A DNA stretch of 64,000 nt. Source: Dehalococcoidia bacterium (GTDB taxonomy: Bacteria; Chloroflexota; Dehalococcoidia; Plut-88900). Positions 1-8,555 of the stretch are shown piece by piece (positions within the stretch are counted from its first letter, which is position 1; each line of letters opens with the position of its first letter). The stretch lies in NCBI GenBank assembly GCA_965197585.1, contig OZ240215.1, forward strand, positions 992,001 to 1,056,000, read 5' to 3'. The notes under the pieces were generated by a model. It was given only the letters and a program-made list of their open reading frames with translations, was not told where the DNA came from and did not search any database. Made by a program: the position numbers and the translations under genes.

Positions 1-1
1 G

Positions 2-415
2 ATGTTGGATGCCGCGGGAACGACAAAGGTCAGCGAGGAGATCGGGCGCAGGCAAGGCACTGTCGAACCTGTGTCGAGCGCCCAACTGATGCTGCTTCTG
101 GAAGAGCTGGACGCTTACCGGTCGGACATGCTGGCCTATATGCAAAGTTACGACATCATCGTGTGTCCCACGGCGGCTTTCCCCGCTACGCCGCACGGGA
201 CATGGAAGTTGGGCGGCATATACCGGGAGTACAGCCATACGTCGGCGTACAACCTCACGGGCTGGCCGGGTGGCGTGGTCCGGGCGGGAACTTCACCCGA
301 GGGACTGCCTATCAACGTGCAGATCGTGGCTCGACCCTGGAGGGAAGACGTGGTCCTGGCAGTGCTCGCGCACGTTGAGGAGCGATTCGGCGGATGGGTG
401 ATGCCGTCGGTATAG
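2..415 (+). CDS. Amidase signature family protein, C-terminal part (5' truncated by window edge)
   Basis: DIIVCPT...NLTGWPG...GLPINVQIVARPWRED is a typical amidase C-terminus. Confidence 0.85.
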   Translation: MLDAAGTTKVSEEIGRRQGTVEPVSSAQLMLLLEELDAYRSDMLAYMQSYDIIVCPTAAFPATPHGTWKLGGIYREYSHTSAYNLTGWPGGVVRAGTSPEGLPINVQIVARPWREDVVLAVLAHVEERFGGWVMPSV

Positions 416-448
416 CGGTCTGGGCCTAGACAAGAAGGAGGAGCAAGC

Positions 449-1612
449 TTGGAATACGGAGAGCAGTTCGGGCAGACCTTTCCGAAAGAGGAGTTCGAGA
501 GACGGTTGTCGGAGGTGCGGCGCGGGATGGAGGAGAAGGGGCTGGACGCCTTGCTGCAGTTCTCTCCGGCCAACCTTTTCTACCTCACCGGATATAACAC
601 GGCGGGCTTCAACAACTGGCAATGCCTGGTTGTTCCTCTTACCGGGGACCCTGTCCTGGTCCTCCGCCTGTTGGAGCGGCCCATCGCCCTGGCGACCGCC
701 TGGAGCGAGTTGATTGAGACCTACCAGGACCACGAGGACCCCGAGGCCGCGGTAGCGCGCACACTGAGCGACCTCGGCCTTTCGAACTCGAGCCTCGGGG
801 CTGAGCAGACGAGCCCATTCTTAACTGTTGGCTCGTACAACAAACTGGATGGATTAGTCGGCGGACGGCTGGTGGATGGAACGGGTATCGTTGAGTCGGT
901 GCGGCTGATCAAATCGGAGCTGGAGTTGACCTATTTCCGGAGGGCTGCTCGGTGTACGGAGGCAGGGATGAAGGCCGCAATCGAAGCGATTGAAGAGGGG
1001 AAGACTGAGAATGACGTGGCCGCCGAGTCGTACCGGGCGATGACCGACACCGGCGGCGAATTCTTCTGCAACAGCCCGATTGTGACAGCCGGACCTAAAT
1101 CGGGTATAGCGCATACCACCTATCACCGGCGGACTCTGGAGCGAGGCGACCCAGTTGCCATCGAGATAGGGGCCACCTTCAACCGGTACACTTCACCCTT
1201 GTTCAGGACGGCTGCGGTTGGCGAAGCGACCCCCGAGCTGCAGCGGATGCACGACGCCTGCAAGGAAGCCATGGAAGCGGCAATCGAGGCGATAAAGCCG
1301 GGCGCGCGGTCTCGGGATGTCCAGGAGGCTTGCCAGAAGGTGATAGACGCTCGGGGTTTCGAGCCGCACTTCAGGAAGCGGGTGGGGTACGGGCTGGGGG
1401 TCGGGTATCCACCGACGTGGGGCGAGGGACACATCATCGATCTTAAGCACCACGACGAGCGAGAGCTTCGACCCAACATGGTATTCCATGTGGTTCCGGC
1501 ACTTCGAGAACACGGCGAGTACGGAGTCGGGACCAGCGAAACTGTGGTGGTCACGGAGTCGGGGCACGAGGTTATTACGGATTTTCCAACTGAGCTGTTC
1601 ATCAGGGGATAA
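449..1612 (+). CDS. M24/creatinase-fold hydrolase (Xaa-Pro peptidase family, ectoine hydrolase-like)
   Basis: Creatinase N-domain (NLFYLTGY), RLIKSELE, GYGLGVGYPPTW; SD AGGAGG before TTG start. Confidence 0.85.
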   Translation: MEYGEQFGQTFPKEEFERRLSEVRRGMEEKGLDALLQFSPANLFYLTGYNTAGFNNWQCLVVPLTGDPVLVLRLLERPIALATAWSELIETYQDHEDPEAAVARTLSDLGLSNSSLGAEQTSPFLTVGSYNKLDGLVGGRLVDGTGIVESVRLIKSELELTYFRRAARCTEAGMKAAIEAIEEGKTENDVAAESYRAMTDTGGEFFCNSPIVTAGPKSGIAHTTYHRRTLERGDPVAIEIGATFNRYTSPLFRTAAVGEATPELQRMHDACKEAMEAAIEAIKPGARSRDVQEACQKVIDARGFEPHFRKRVGYGLGVGYPPTWGEGHIIDLKHHDERELRPNMVFHVVPALREHGEYGVGTSETVVVTESGHEVITDFPTELFIRG

Positions 1613-1651
1613 ACGGATACACGTTACATAATGAGGAAGGAATAACGCACA

Positions 1652-2812
1652 ATGAGCTACGAAATCATTTCCGCAGACACACATCTCGACATAACGTGGT
1701 TACCTGGAGACATGTTTGTAGAGGGCGCCCCGGCGAACATGAAGAGCAGGATGCCCCGCGTAAAAGACACGGATGCCGGGCCCCGATGGATGGTGGAGGA
1801 CACCGATGTAGCGGGGGTCGGGGGTGGGGGTTTGACTGGCAACTTCAGCAAGTACGTGCGGGGGCAGTCCAAGCTGCTGGACAAGATGGACGACGTCGGT
1901 TTCTTCTCCGGCATCGACGAAGGGATATACCACCCGTCCGACGTTGACCTTCGAATCAAGGACCAGGAGATAGACGGCATCGACGCTGAGGTGATGTACG
2001 GAATTCTCGCTATTGGCGGAGGGGCCTTTTCGATACCGGGGTTCCAGGACCCGGCAGTCCTGGCGACGGTCTATGACGTTTACAACGCGTGGGTCGGCGA
2101 TTTCGTCAAGGCGAACCCGCAGCGGTTGGCGGCGTTGGGCTGCCTCAGTGTACATGACCCGGAGGACGCGGCTCGACAGTTGCGTCTGGCAGCGGAGTCG
2201 GGGTTGAGAGGGGCCGAGATCAATGTGAAGAAGATGACTAAGCCGATGTATCACGGGGCGTGGGACCCTCTGTGGGAAGCCTCGCAAGAGCTTGGTATGC
2301 CGGTGTCGTTCCACGCGCTGGGGCCTGAGCTCCGGGGCCCGGAGCCCGAGGACGAAGCCGAATATGGAACAATACACCAGGGGATGAGCACCGTGACGTT
2401 CCAGTTGTCCGGCGCGGAGATTGTGTTGGCTGTGATTCTGTCGGGGGCGTGTGAGCGGTATCCGGGGTTCAGGTTCGTACTTGGGGAGTGCGGAATTGGG
2501 TGGATACCCTACGTGGTCGAAAGGATGGATATGGAGTACGAGGACAAATTCTTCCGGCTGGGCCTGAACTTAAAGCCAAGCGAGTACTGGCGAAGGCAGG
2601 GATTCTCCACGTTCCAGTACGAGCACGTGTCGATGGACCAGGTGAACAGGATCGGGGTGGACAGCATCATGTGGGGGTCCGACTACCCGCACCCGGACGG
2701 CGTGTTCCCCGAGTCCCGCAAGGTGATCGAAGAGACCCTCGGGCACCTGGAACCGGAAGTGTTTCGAAAGATAGTCTGCGAGAACGCGGCTAACCTGTAC
2801 GGGTTTAACTAG
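1652..2812 (+). CDS. Amidohydrolase_2 family protein
   Basis: ISADTH, SFHA, IMWGSDYPHPDG, ENAANLY motifs. Confidence 0.9.
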   Translation: MSYEIISADTHLDITWLPGDMFVEGAPANMKSRMPRVKDTDAGPRWMVEDTDVAGVGGGGLTGNFSKYVRGQSKLLDKMDDVGFFSGIDEGIYHPSDVDLRIKDQEIDGIDAEVMYGILAIGGGAFSIPGFQDPAVLATVYDVYNAWVGDFVKANPQRLAALGCLSVHDPEDAARQLRLAAESGLRGAEINVKKMTKPMYHGAWDPLWEASQELGMPVSFHALGPELRGPEPEDEAEYGTIHQGMSTVTFQLSGAEIVLAVILSGACERYPGFRFVLGECGIGWIPYVVERMDMEYEDKFFRLGLNLKPSEYWRRQGFSTFQYEHVSMDQVNRIGVDSIMWGSDYPHPDGVFPESRKVIEETLGHLEPEVFRKIVCENAANLYGFN

Positions 2813-2835
2813 GCACGATTTAAACAAGGATAAAG

Positions 2836-2873
2836 CGAAGGCCCCACCGCTAGCGGTGGGGCCTTCGTCTTTT
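2836..2873. terminator. Probable bidirectional intrinsic terminator
   Basis: Perfect 32-bp palindrome CGAAGGCCCCACCGCTAGCGGTGGGGCCTTCG followed by TCTTTT, between convergent genes. Confidence 0.8.
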
Positions 2874-2909
2874 GCCTGAAGAATGCCTGCCCGGGATACG
2901 ATGGCCGAA

Positions 2910-4202
2910 TTAGCTGGTAGAGCCGTTGTGACGGGCGGTGAGTTGGGGGTCGGGGGGTTGTTTTAGGCAACCGTGGGCCCCGCCGAGGCGTCGGAAGTCG
3001 CGGGAGCGTCGGGCGAGGTGGTTGCGGAACCGTATCACACCAATGTCGAGCCCGGAGAGCTTCTGCGGCAGGTCAAGGTTGAGCCGCTCTTTCTTGAAGA
3101 CGACCAGGTCTTCCTTTTCGTTGATGGCCACTACCGCCGCAGGCTTGCGCCAGAAGTAGTACCAGACGTCCTGCCAGAAACGTCCGAGGAAGGTCTTGGG
3201 GGTCTTGCAGAGGGTGAAGGTCCACATGCGGGTGTTGTGCTCGTCCAGGGGAACGCCCCATCGCATGTGAACGAAGGTGCCGACGCAGACCCGAACCTTG
3301 CTGGGAAGCTCGGCGTTGTGGTTGTAGGTAGCCCAGGCATCCTCTCCCTTGGCAGTGGGAATTGAGCCCGAGACAGGGGCATCGGGGGATTTCAGCTTTC
3401 GCCACCAGGTCTTGCGGGGCCATTTGCCAAGGCCGGGATATTCCGCCTCTCCGAAGATTACGTTCTTCTGGTGGAGGGTTACGAAGTCGTCACCCTCTTC
3501 GACGATCTTCACGCCGCCGGTGTAGACGGGCTTGGGTCGCCAGAAGGGGAGCCGCCAGTCCACGAAGCGCCAGAAGTTGACGTTCCGGTGCAGATAAAAC
3601 TCATGGTAGTCGACGCCCTGGTTGACGGGCTCGGTCCAGTTGACCTCCCAGTCCTTGACCCGGGTGTAGCGGCGGTCGTTGAGGGTGGGGTCCTTGAACT
3701 CCCAGGGCAGGTCTTCTTCCAGGGGCACCGGCTCGGTCTGGCCCATCCAGATGAAGACGATGCCTCGCCACTCGGCGGTGGGATATTTGCGGGAGCGCAT
3801 CTTGCCGACCATCGGGGAGTCTTCAGTCTCGATGAGACCGGCTACGCACTTCCCCGTCTCGTCAAAGGTGTAGCCGTGATAGGGGCAAGTCACCGTACCC
3901 TTGAATTCGCAGAAGCCCCGAGACAAGCGTGCGCCTCGGTGGGGGCACCACTCGTTCAAGGCTACGACGTTGCCGTCTTTGCCTCGAAACAGGACCAGCT
4001 CGTCGCCGAGCATCTTGAGGTTGACCGGCTTTCGACCGAGCTTTTTCGACCAGACGCCCGGATACCAGTACTCCCGGAACCCGACCCTGGGAACATAGTC
4101 GAATGGCCCGACCTGGGACGCCCCGAAGACTTCGTCCCCTCTCTGGGGAGTCACCTCCGCGATGCCAATGTCTTCCTGGGTTCTCGGAGCAGTGCTTACC
4201 AT
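2910..4202 (-). CDS. Rieske non-heme iron aromatic ring-hydroxylating oxygenase, alpha subunit
   Basis: CPHRG...CPYHG Rieske motif; NxxxDYHxxxxH mononuclear iron motif; EYWYP N-terminus. Confidence 0.9.
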   Translation of the reverse strand: MVSTAPRTQEDIGIAEVTPQRGDEVFGASQVGPFDYVPRVGFREYWYPGVWSKKLGRKPVNLKMLGDELVLFRGKDGNVVALNEWCPHRGARLSRGFCEFKGTVTCPYHGYTFDETGKCVAGLIETEDSPMVGKMRSRKYPTAEWRGIVFIWMGQTEPVPLEEDLPWEFKDPTLNDRRYTRVKDWEVNWTEPVNQGVDYHEFYLHRNVNFWRFVDWRLPFWRPKPVYTGGVKIVEEGDDFVTLHQKNVIFGEAEYPGLGKWPRKTWWRKLKSPDAPVSGSIPTAKGEDAWATYNHNAELPSKVRVCVGTFVHMRWGVPLDEHNTRMWTFTLCKTPKTFLGRFWQDVWYYFWRKPAAVVAINEKEDLVVFKKERLNLDLPQKLSGLDIGVIRFRNHLARRSRDFRRLGGAHGCLKQPPDPQLTARHNGSTS

Positions 4203-4229
4203 GTCATCCTGCTTTCAGTTGCATTTGCT

Positions 4230-5324
4230 TTAGCCGGCCGGGGTCGCGGCGGGGGCCCTGGCCACCATCATGCACTTGGACGAGTTGAAGATGTGGGTCT
4301 GCATGAAATCGACGATCTCGGGTTGGTATCCGGTCTCGGTCAGGGCGCCTGCAAGGCACACCCAGTTCAGCAGCTCCTGCTGTCCCGACTCCTCGATCTG
4401 GTCGAGGGAGAGGTTGGCCCACAGGTGCTGGTTGCCGTCCCGGAGCTCTTCGAAGCGGGCGAGATCGGCGTCATTGTCGGGCCAGAGGAGGTGGTTCTTG
4501 GGTGTAAGGAACGCGTGAGACCAGCTGGAGGAGCCGATCAGAACTGCCCGGTAAGGGCTTTCCAATAATGCCTTGGCAGTTGCCGCCCCGATATCGAAAC
4601 AGAGGCGGGGGGATGGGGCGGGAGGGTCGGGCTCCGCGCCTTCCTCGGCGTTCAAGAAGCTGCCGCCCCTGTTCCGCACGACGCTGGAGCCGTAGCAATT
4701 GACGTGGAAGGGGACAACCGGATAATCAAACCCCGTGCGGTCGTAGTCCAGGAACAGGAGGGTGTTCATGAAGGCGTGAGGGAGGCCGCTGAAGTGCAGG
4801 TTCTTGTAGGAGTAGGGCATCGGGTAGCCATACTCCAGCAGCTTGGTAGTCAGATATTTGGCGGCGTTGGGGTGGCCGCGGTGGGTGAAAGTCTTGTCGA
4901 TGGACTCGTCCCAGACGTTGAAGACCTGGGTGCCATCGGGGGTGAACCATTTTCTATGAAAAGGCTGCGTCTCGAATGCATCGCTGATGTAGATGGAGAA
5001 GGGAGGCACGAGGTCCTCTCGGAAGTTCTCGTACTGATCGTCGCCCCAGATCAGGACGAAGTCGGGGTTGAAATCGTCGATCTCCTTACGGAGGGCGCGA
5101 AAGGATGAGACGAGGCGGTCCCGGTGAGCGGCAGCAGAGGCCTCGGCGTTGGCCCCATTGGGTCCATATTCCTGCTGCATAGCCTCCGGCCAATTGGTTT
5201 CGATCTTCATGTCGGGGGGCGTACGGTCGCTCTCGACATGCTTGCGTAGCTGGGAATACATGCCCTCGTCGGGATAGATGAGGGGAGGGTAGTGGGTCGT
5301 GCCGACCAGAAGCAGTTCAGCCAT
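4230..5324 (-). CDS. Extradiol ring-cleavage dioxygenase, LigB/class III type
   Basis: THYPP, WGDDQYENF, PHAF, SSWSH motifs; GGAGG SD before ATG at 5324. Confidence 0.8.
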   Translation of the reverse strand: MAELLLVGTTHYPPLIYPDEGMYSQLRKHVESDRTPPDMKIETNWPEAMQQEYGPNGANAEASAAAHRDRLVSSFRALRKEIDDFNPDFVLIWGDDQYENFREDLVPPFSIYISDAFETQPFHRKWFTPDGTQVFNVWDESIDKTFTHRGHPNAAKYLTTKLLEYGYPMPYSYKNLHFSGLPHAFMNTLLFLDYDRTGFDYPVVPFHVNCYGSSVVRNRGGSFLNAEEGAEPDPPAPSPRLCFDIGAATAKALLESPYRAVLIGSSSWSHAFLTPKNHLLWPDNDADLARFEELRDGNQHLWANLSLDQIEESGQQELLNWVCLAGALTETGYQPEIVDFMQTHIFNSSKCMMVARAPAATPAG

Positions 5325-5428
5325 GGGACCTCCGTGGGCCATACTAAAGGCAGGTTTAGGTGTAAGTTGAGTTTGTAGTATAGGGCATCTGGTTTGTCAA
5401 CCGGCGAGGCCCTCGCATCCACCGGACA

Positions 5429-5453
5429 ACCACGAAGGTACAACCTTCGTGGT
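5429..5453. repeat. Short perfect hairpin (REP-like or terminator)
   Basis: ACCACGAAGGT-aca-ACCTTCGTGGT just downstream of the qor stop. Confidence 0.55.
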
Positions 5454-5460
5454 GCGAGGA

Positions 5461-6429
5461 CTAAGGCTTGAGAAGCAACTTGCCTATAGTGGCCCGGCTG
5501 GCGAGTCGGATGTGGGTGTCCGGGGCTTGGGGGAGGGGAGTTATGGAGTCGATGGTGACGTTCAGGTCGCCGGCAGCTACCCAGGAAAGAATGTCGTTTA
5601 GACGCCACTCGAGCTCTTCCCGGGTCGATGAATAGTCGACGCCCGAGGGCCGGGTCAGGTAGAGGGAGCCGAGGGAGTTCAGGACTCGGGGGTTGAAGGG
5701 GGGTACAGGGCCGCTGGACTGGCCGCAAAGAACGAGGTAACCCCTGCGCCTTAGGCACTGAAGGCTTTGATCGAAGGTGGTCTTCCCGACGCTGTCGTAG
5801 ACGACATGAACTCCGACATCGCCGGTAATGCGCTTCACCTCTGCCTCAAAGTCCTGCTCGGTGTAGATGATGACCTCATCGCACCCCGCGGCCTTTGCCA
5901 CCTCCGCCTTTACGTGGGTCGAGACCGTGCCTATGACGGTCGCGCCCAGGCGTTTCGCCATCTGGACCATGAGAAGGCCGAGACCCCCGGCGGCGGCGTG
6001 GACCAGGCAGGTCTCGCCTTCCTTCAGGGGGTAACAGCTATGGACAAGATAGTGGGCAGTGGTCCCCTGCCCCATGACCGCGGCAGCGCTTTCGAAGGAA
6101 CAGACGTCGGGGAGGTTGATGACGCGTCGGATGGGGACGTTGGTCATCTCGGCGTAGGCCCCGAGAGCCCCGTAATACCCCACACGGTCCCCAATGCTGA
6201 AGTCGGTAATCCCATCTCCAAGTGCTGTTATCGTTCCCGCGCCCTCGGTTCCGGGGGTGTAGGGCAGCTTCATCGGGTACTCGCCGCTGCGCTGGTAGAT
6301 GTCCCGGAAGTTGACACCGATAGCTTCCTGTTTGATCTGGACTTGGCTGGGGGCGGGGGGTGGCAGCTCGAAGTCCTTGCATACCATGACCTCAGGGCCG
6401 CCCTGCTCTTCGACTCGGATGGCTTTCAT
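5461..6429 (-). CDS. qor: NADPH:quinone oxidoreductase (zeta-crystallin/MDR family)
   Basis: AIGVNF.D, PGTEGAG, HAAAGGLG, YDSVGKTTF, GSLYLTRP, GKLLL. Confidence 0.9.
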   Translation of the reverse strand: MKAIRVEEQGGPEVMVCKDFELPPPAPSQVQIKQEAIGVNFRDIYQRSGEYPMKLPYTPGTEGAGTITALGDGITDFSIGDRVGYYGALGAYAEMTNVPIRRVINLPDVCSFESAAAVMGQGTTAHYLVHSCYPLKEGETCLVHAAAGGLGLLMVQMAKRLGATVIGTVSTHVKAEVAKAAGCDEVIIYTEQDFEAEVKRITGDVGVHVVYDSVGKTTFDQSLQCLRRRGYLVLCGQSSGPVPPFNPRVLNSLGSLYLTRPSGVDYSSTREELEWRLNDILSWVAAGDLNVTIDSITPLPQAPDTHIRLASRATIGKLLLKP

Positions 6430-6530
6430 GGGGGTATTCTAACATTCCGGTTTATGAGGGTATTGGAGGAAGTGGTAGGATGGTGCAAGAGGGTGAGACA
6501 TTAGGCCGATTCGTGCTTGGGAAAGTCCTA

Positions 6531-6556
6531 GATTCCTCGCGGAGCCTCGGAATGAC
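6531..6556 (-). repeat. REP-like palindrome, GTCATTCC family
   Basis: Reverse complement GTCATTCCGAGGCTCCGCGAGGAATC is identical to the reconstructed IS target site at 15802/16888. Confidence 0.8.
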
Positions 6557-6604
6557 AAGGGTAAGGGCGTTGGCTCGATTCGGGTTTTGTAATGGAGGTA
6601 TCTC

Positions 6605-7363
6605 ATGGCTGACGATATGACCGGCAAAGTGGCATTGGTGACCGGCGGGGGCTCGGGGATTGGGAGGGCGGCGGTTCTGGCCTTTGCGAAGAGGGGTGCG
6701 ACGGTTGCGACCGTCGACTTGGATGAGGCCGGAGGCGCAGAGACAGTGCGGTTGGCGGGTGAGCTTGGGGCGAAGGTGGACTTCTGGCGGGTCGACGTGT
6801 CCAAGGCCGATGAGGTGGAGGCGATGGTATCGCACGTGGTGGCGAGCCACGGGCATCTGGACTACGCCTACAACAACGCAGGAATCGAGGGCCCGACGGG
6901 CAGCCTCGTCGACTGCTCGGAAGCCGACTTCGACAAGGTGATCTCGGTTAACCTGAAGGGCGTGTGGCTCTGCATGAAGTCCGAGATTCCGGTGATGGTT
7001 GCCGCAGGCGGAGGGGCGATAGTCAACACGTCGTCGATAAGCGGATTGAAAGGGAGCTCGCGGTTAGGGCCGTATACGGGGAGCAAGTTCGGGGTGGCGG
7101 GGCTTACGAGGTCGGCGGCGCTGGAGTTCGGAGGGCAAGGGGTGCGGGTCAACGCGATATGTCCCGGCACTATAGACACTCCGATGGTCGAGCGGCTCTG
7201 GGGCGCCGACCCGAACAAGAGCCGCCAACTCCTCGAAGGGACGCCGCTGCATCGGCAAGGAGATCCGGCGGAAGTGGCGGAGGTTGTGGTGTGGCTGTGC
7301 TCGGACGCGGCTTCGTACGTGAATGGGAACCTGATGAAGGTGGACGGGGGTTATCTGGCGTAG
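6605..7363 (+). CDS. Short-chain dehydrogenase/reductase
   Basis: TGGGSGIG, NNAG, YTGSK (YxxxK), VDGG. Confidence 0.92.
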   Translation: MADDMTGKVALVTGGGSGIGRAAVLAFAKRGATVATVDLDEAGGAETVRLAGELGAKVDFWRVDVSKADEVEAMVSHVVASHGHLDYAYNNAGIEGPTGSLVDCSEADFDKVISVNLKGVWLCMKSEIPVMVAAGGGAIVNTSSISGLKGSSRLGPYTGSKFGVAGLTRSAALEFGGQGVRVNAICPGTIDTPMVERLWGADPNKSRQLLEGTPLHRQGDPAEVAEVVVWLCSDAASYVNGNLMKVDGGYLA

Positions 7364-7394
7364 GGGGCAGCGCTCCGGATTCGGGAGTGAGTGG

Positions 7395-7886
7395 TTAGCT
7401 GCTTAAGGTTTTCTCGTAGAAGAAGCTGAGCGGGTCGTCCCAGTAGTCTCCGAACGGCGGGATCTTGTAATAACCGTTCCGTTCGTAGAGGCCGATGGCT
7501 TCCGGCTGGGAAATACCGGTTTCCAGGCGCACCTTGGAAAATCCTCCAGCGACTGCCTGGTCTTCCAGGTGTTTGAGCATTTGTTTGGCGTAGCCCCGAC
7601 CTCGGAACTCGGGGCGAACGTACATGCACTTGATTTCACCGTAGCTCTCGTCGGCCCCGTTTGGGTCGCCGAAGAAGTGCACGCCTCCGCAAGCGGTCGG
7701 CGCTTCGTTTTCGTATAGAACGAAGAACTCGACCCGTTGGGCCACCAGTTTCTCGATGCTGTACCCGTGCTGGCTTTCCTCTGGATACAGCGGGTCCAGG
7801 TAGGCGTCCAACTCCCCGATGAGCGTGCGCGCCGCCTCAGTTCGGGGATCTTCTTGCCGGATGGTGAAAGACTTATCGGCAGTCAT
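7395..7886 (-). CDS. GNAT acetyltransferase
   Basis: MYVRPEFRGRGYAK, LETG..QPEAIGLYE. Confidence 0.9.
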   Translation of the reverse strand: MTADKSFTIRQEDPRTEAARTLIGELDAYLDPLYPEESQHGYSIEKLVAQRVEFFVLYENEAPTACGGVHFFGDPNGADESYGEIKCMYVRPEFRGRGYAKQMLKHLEDQAVAGGFSKVRLETGISQPEAIGLYERNGYYKIPPFGDYWDDPLSFFYEKTLSS

Positions 7887-7942
7887 GTTCTCAGTCTAGT
7901 AATGCCGCATCAGACTGCCTCCTCTCACCAGCGAGTCCGGGG

Positions 7943-8389
7943 TCATCCGACTTCCGGGTGGGCGCTCCAGGAGGTGAAGGGCTGACTGCTCGCGGGAAGG
8001 GTGATGTCGGATATCTGTCCTGGGGCCAAATTGACCGGCGTTGTCGGGCCTAGCTCTATCCCGTTGGAGAGATGGACCTCTACCCTGACTCGGGTTAGAG
8101 TGGTCTCCGTGGTGTTTTCGACCGTGCCAACGAATGCGTTGGAGGTCGAGTCATACCGAAGAATCAGCCGGGCGCCGGCGCGAACCTCATCGAAGGTCTC
8201 GTTTAGAGAAAACTGGGTGCCGGATTCTTCTTCGCCATCGTCTTCACCGGATTCCGACTCGCTGCTGTGCTCACCATTCTCTGAGTTGTCACCAGCCTCG
8301 CCGGATTCCGGGTTGCTGCCGCCGCAACCGGCTAGAGAGATTGCCAGAACGAGACCGATTAATATTAAGACCATCCAATATCGGGTCAT
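7943..8389 (-). CDS. Lipoprotein with acidic linker and beta-rich (FxLYD-like) domain
   Basis: SD GAAGGAG before ATG 8389; signal peptide with lipobox LAGC; E/S/G-rich linker; GTVENTT...VEVHL. Confidence 0.7.
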   Translation of the reverse strand: MTRYWMVLILIGLVLAISLAGCGGSNPESGEAGDNSENGEHSSESESGEDDGEEESGTQFSLNETFDEVRAGARLILRYDSTSNAFVGTVENTTETTLTRVRVEVHLSNGIELGPTTPVNLAPGQISDITLPASSQPFTSWSAHPEVG

Positions 8390-8555
8390 GGAACTCCTTC
8401 TTTGTGTTGACGGGATTACGCGTTTCGTGTTGCCCCAGTATCCGATGACAACACTGATGGGAGGGCGCATTCTAGGGCAGGCTTTCGACGCTGGCAAGTC
8501 CCTCGACAGCATACCTAGAGCTTCCACGTACCCTGGCCCCGAGGAAGTAAGGGGG

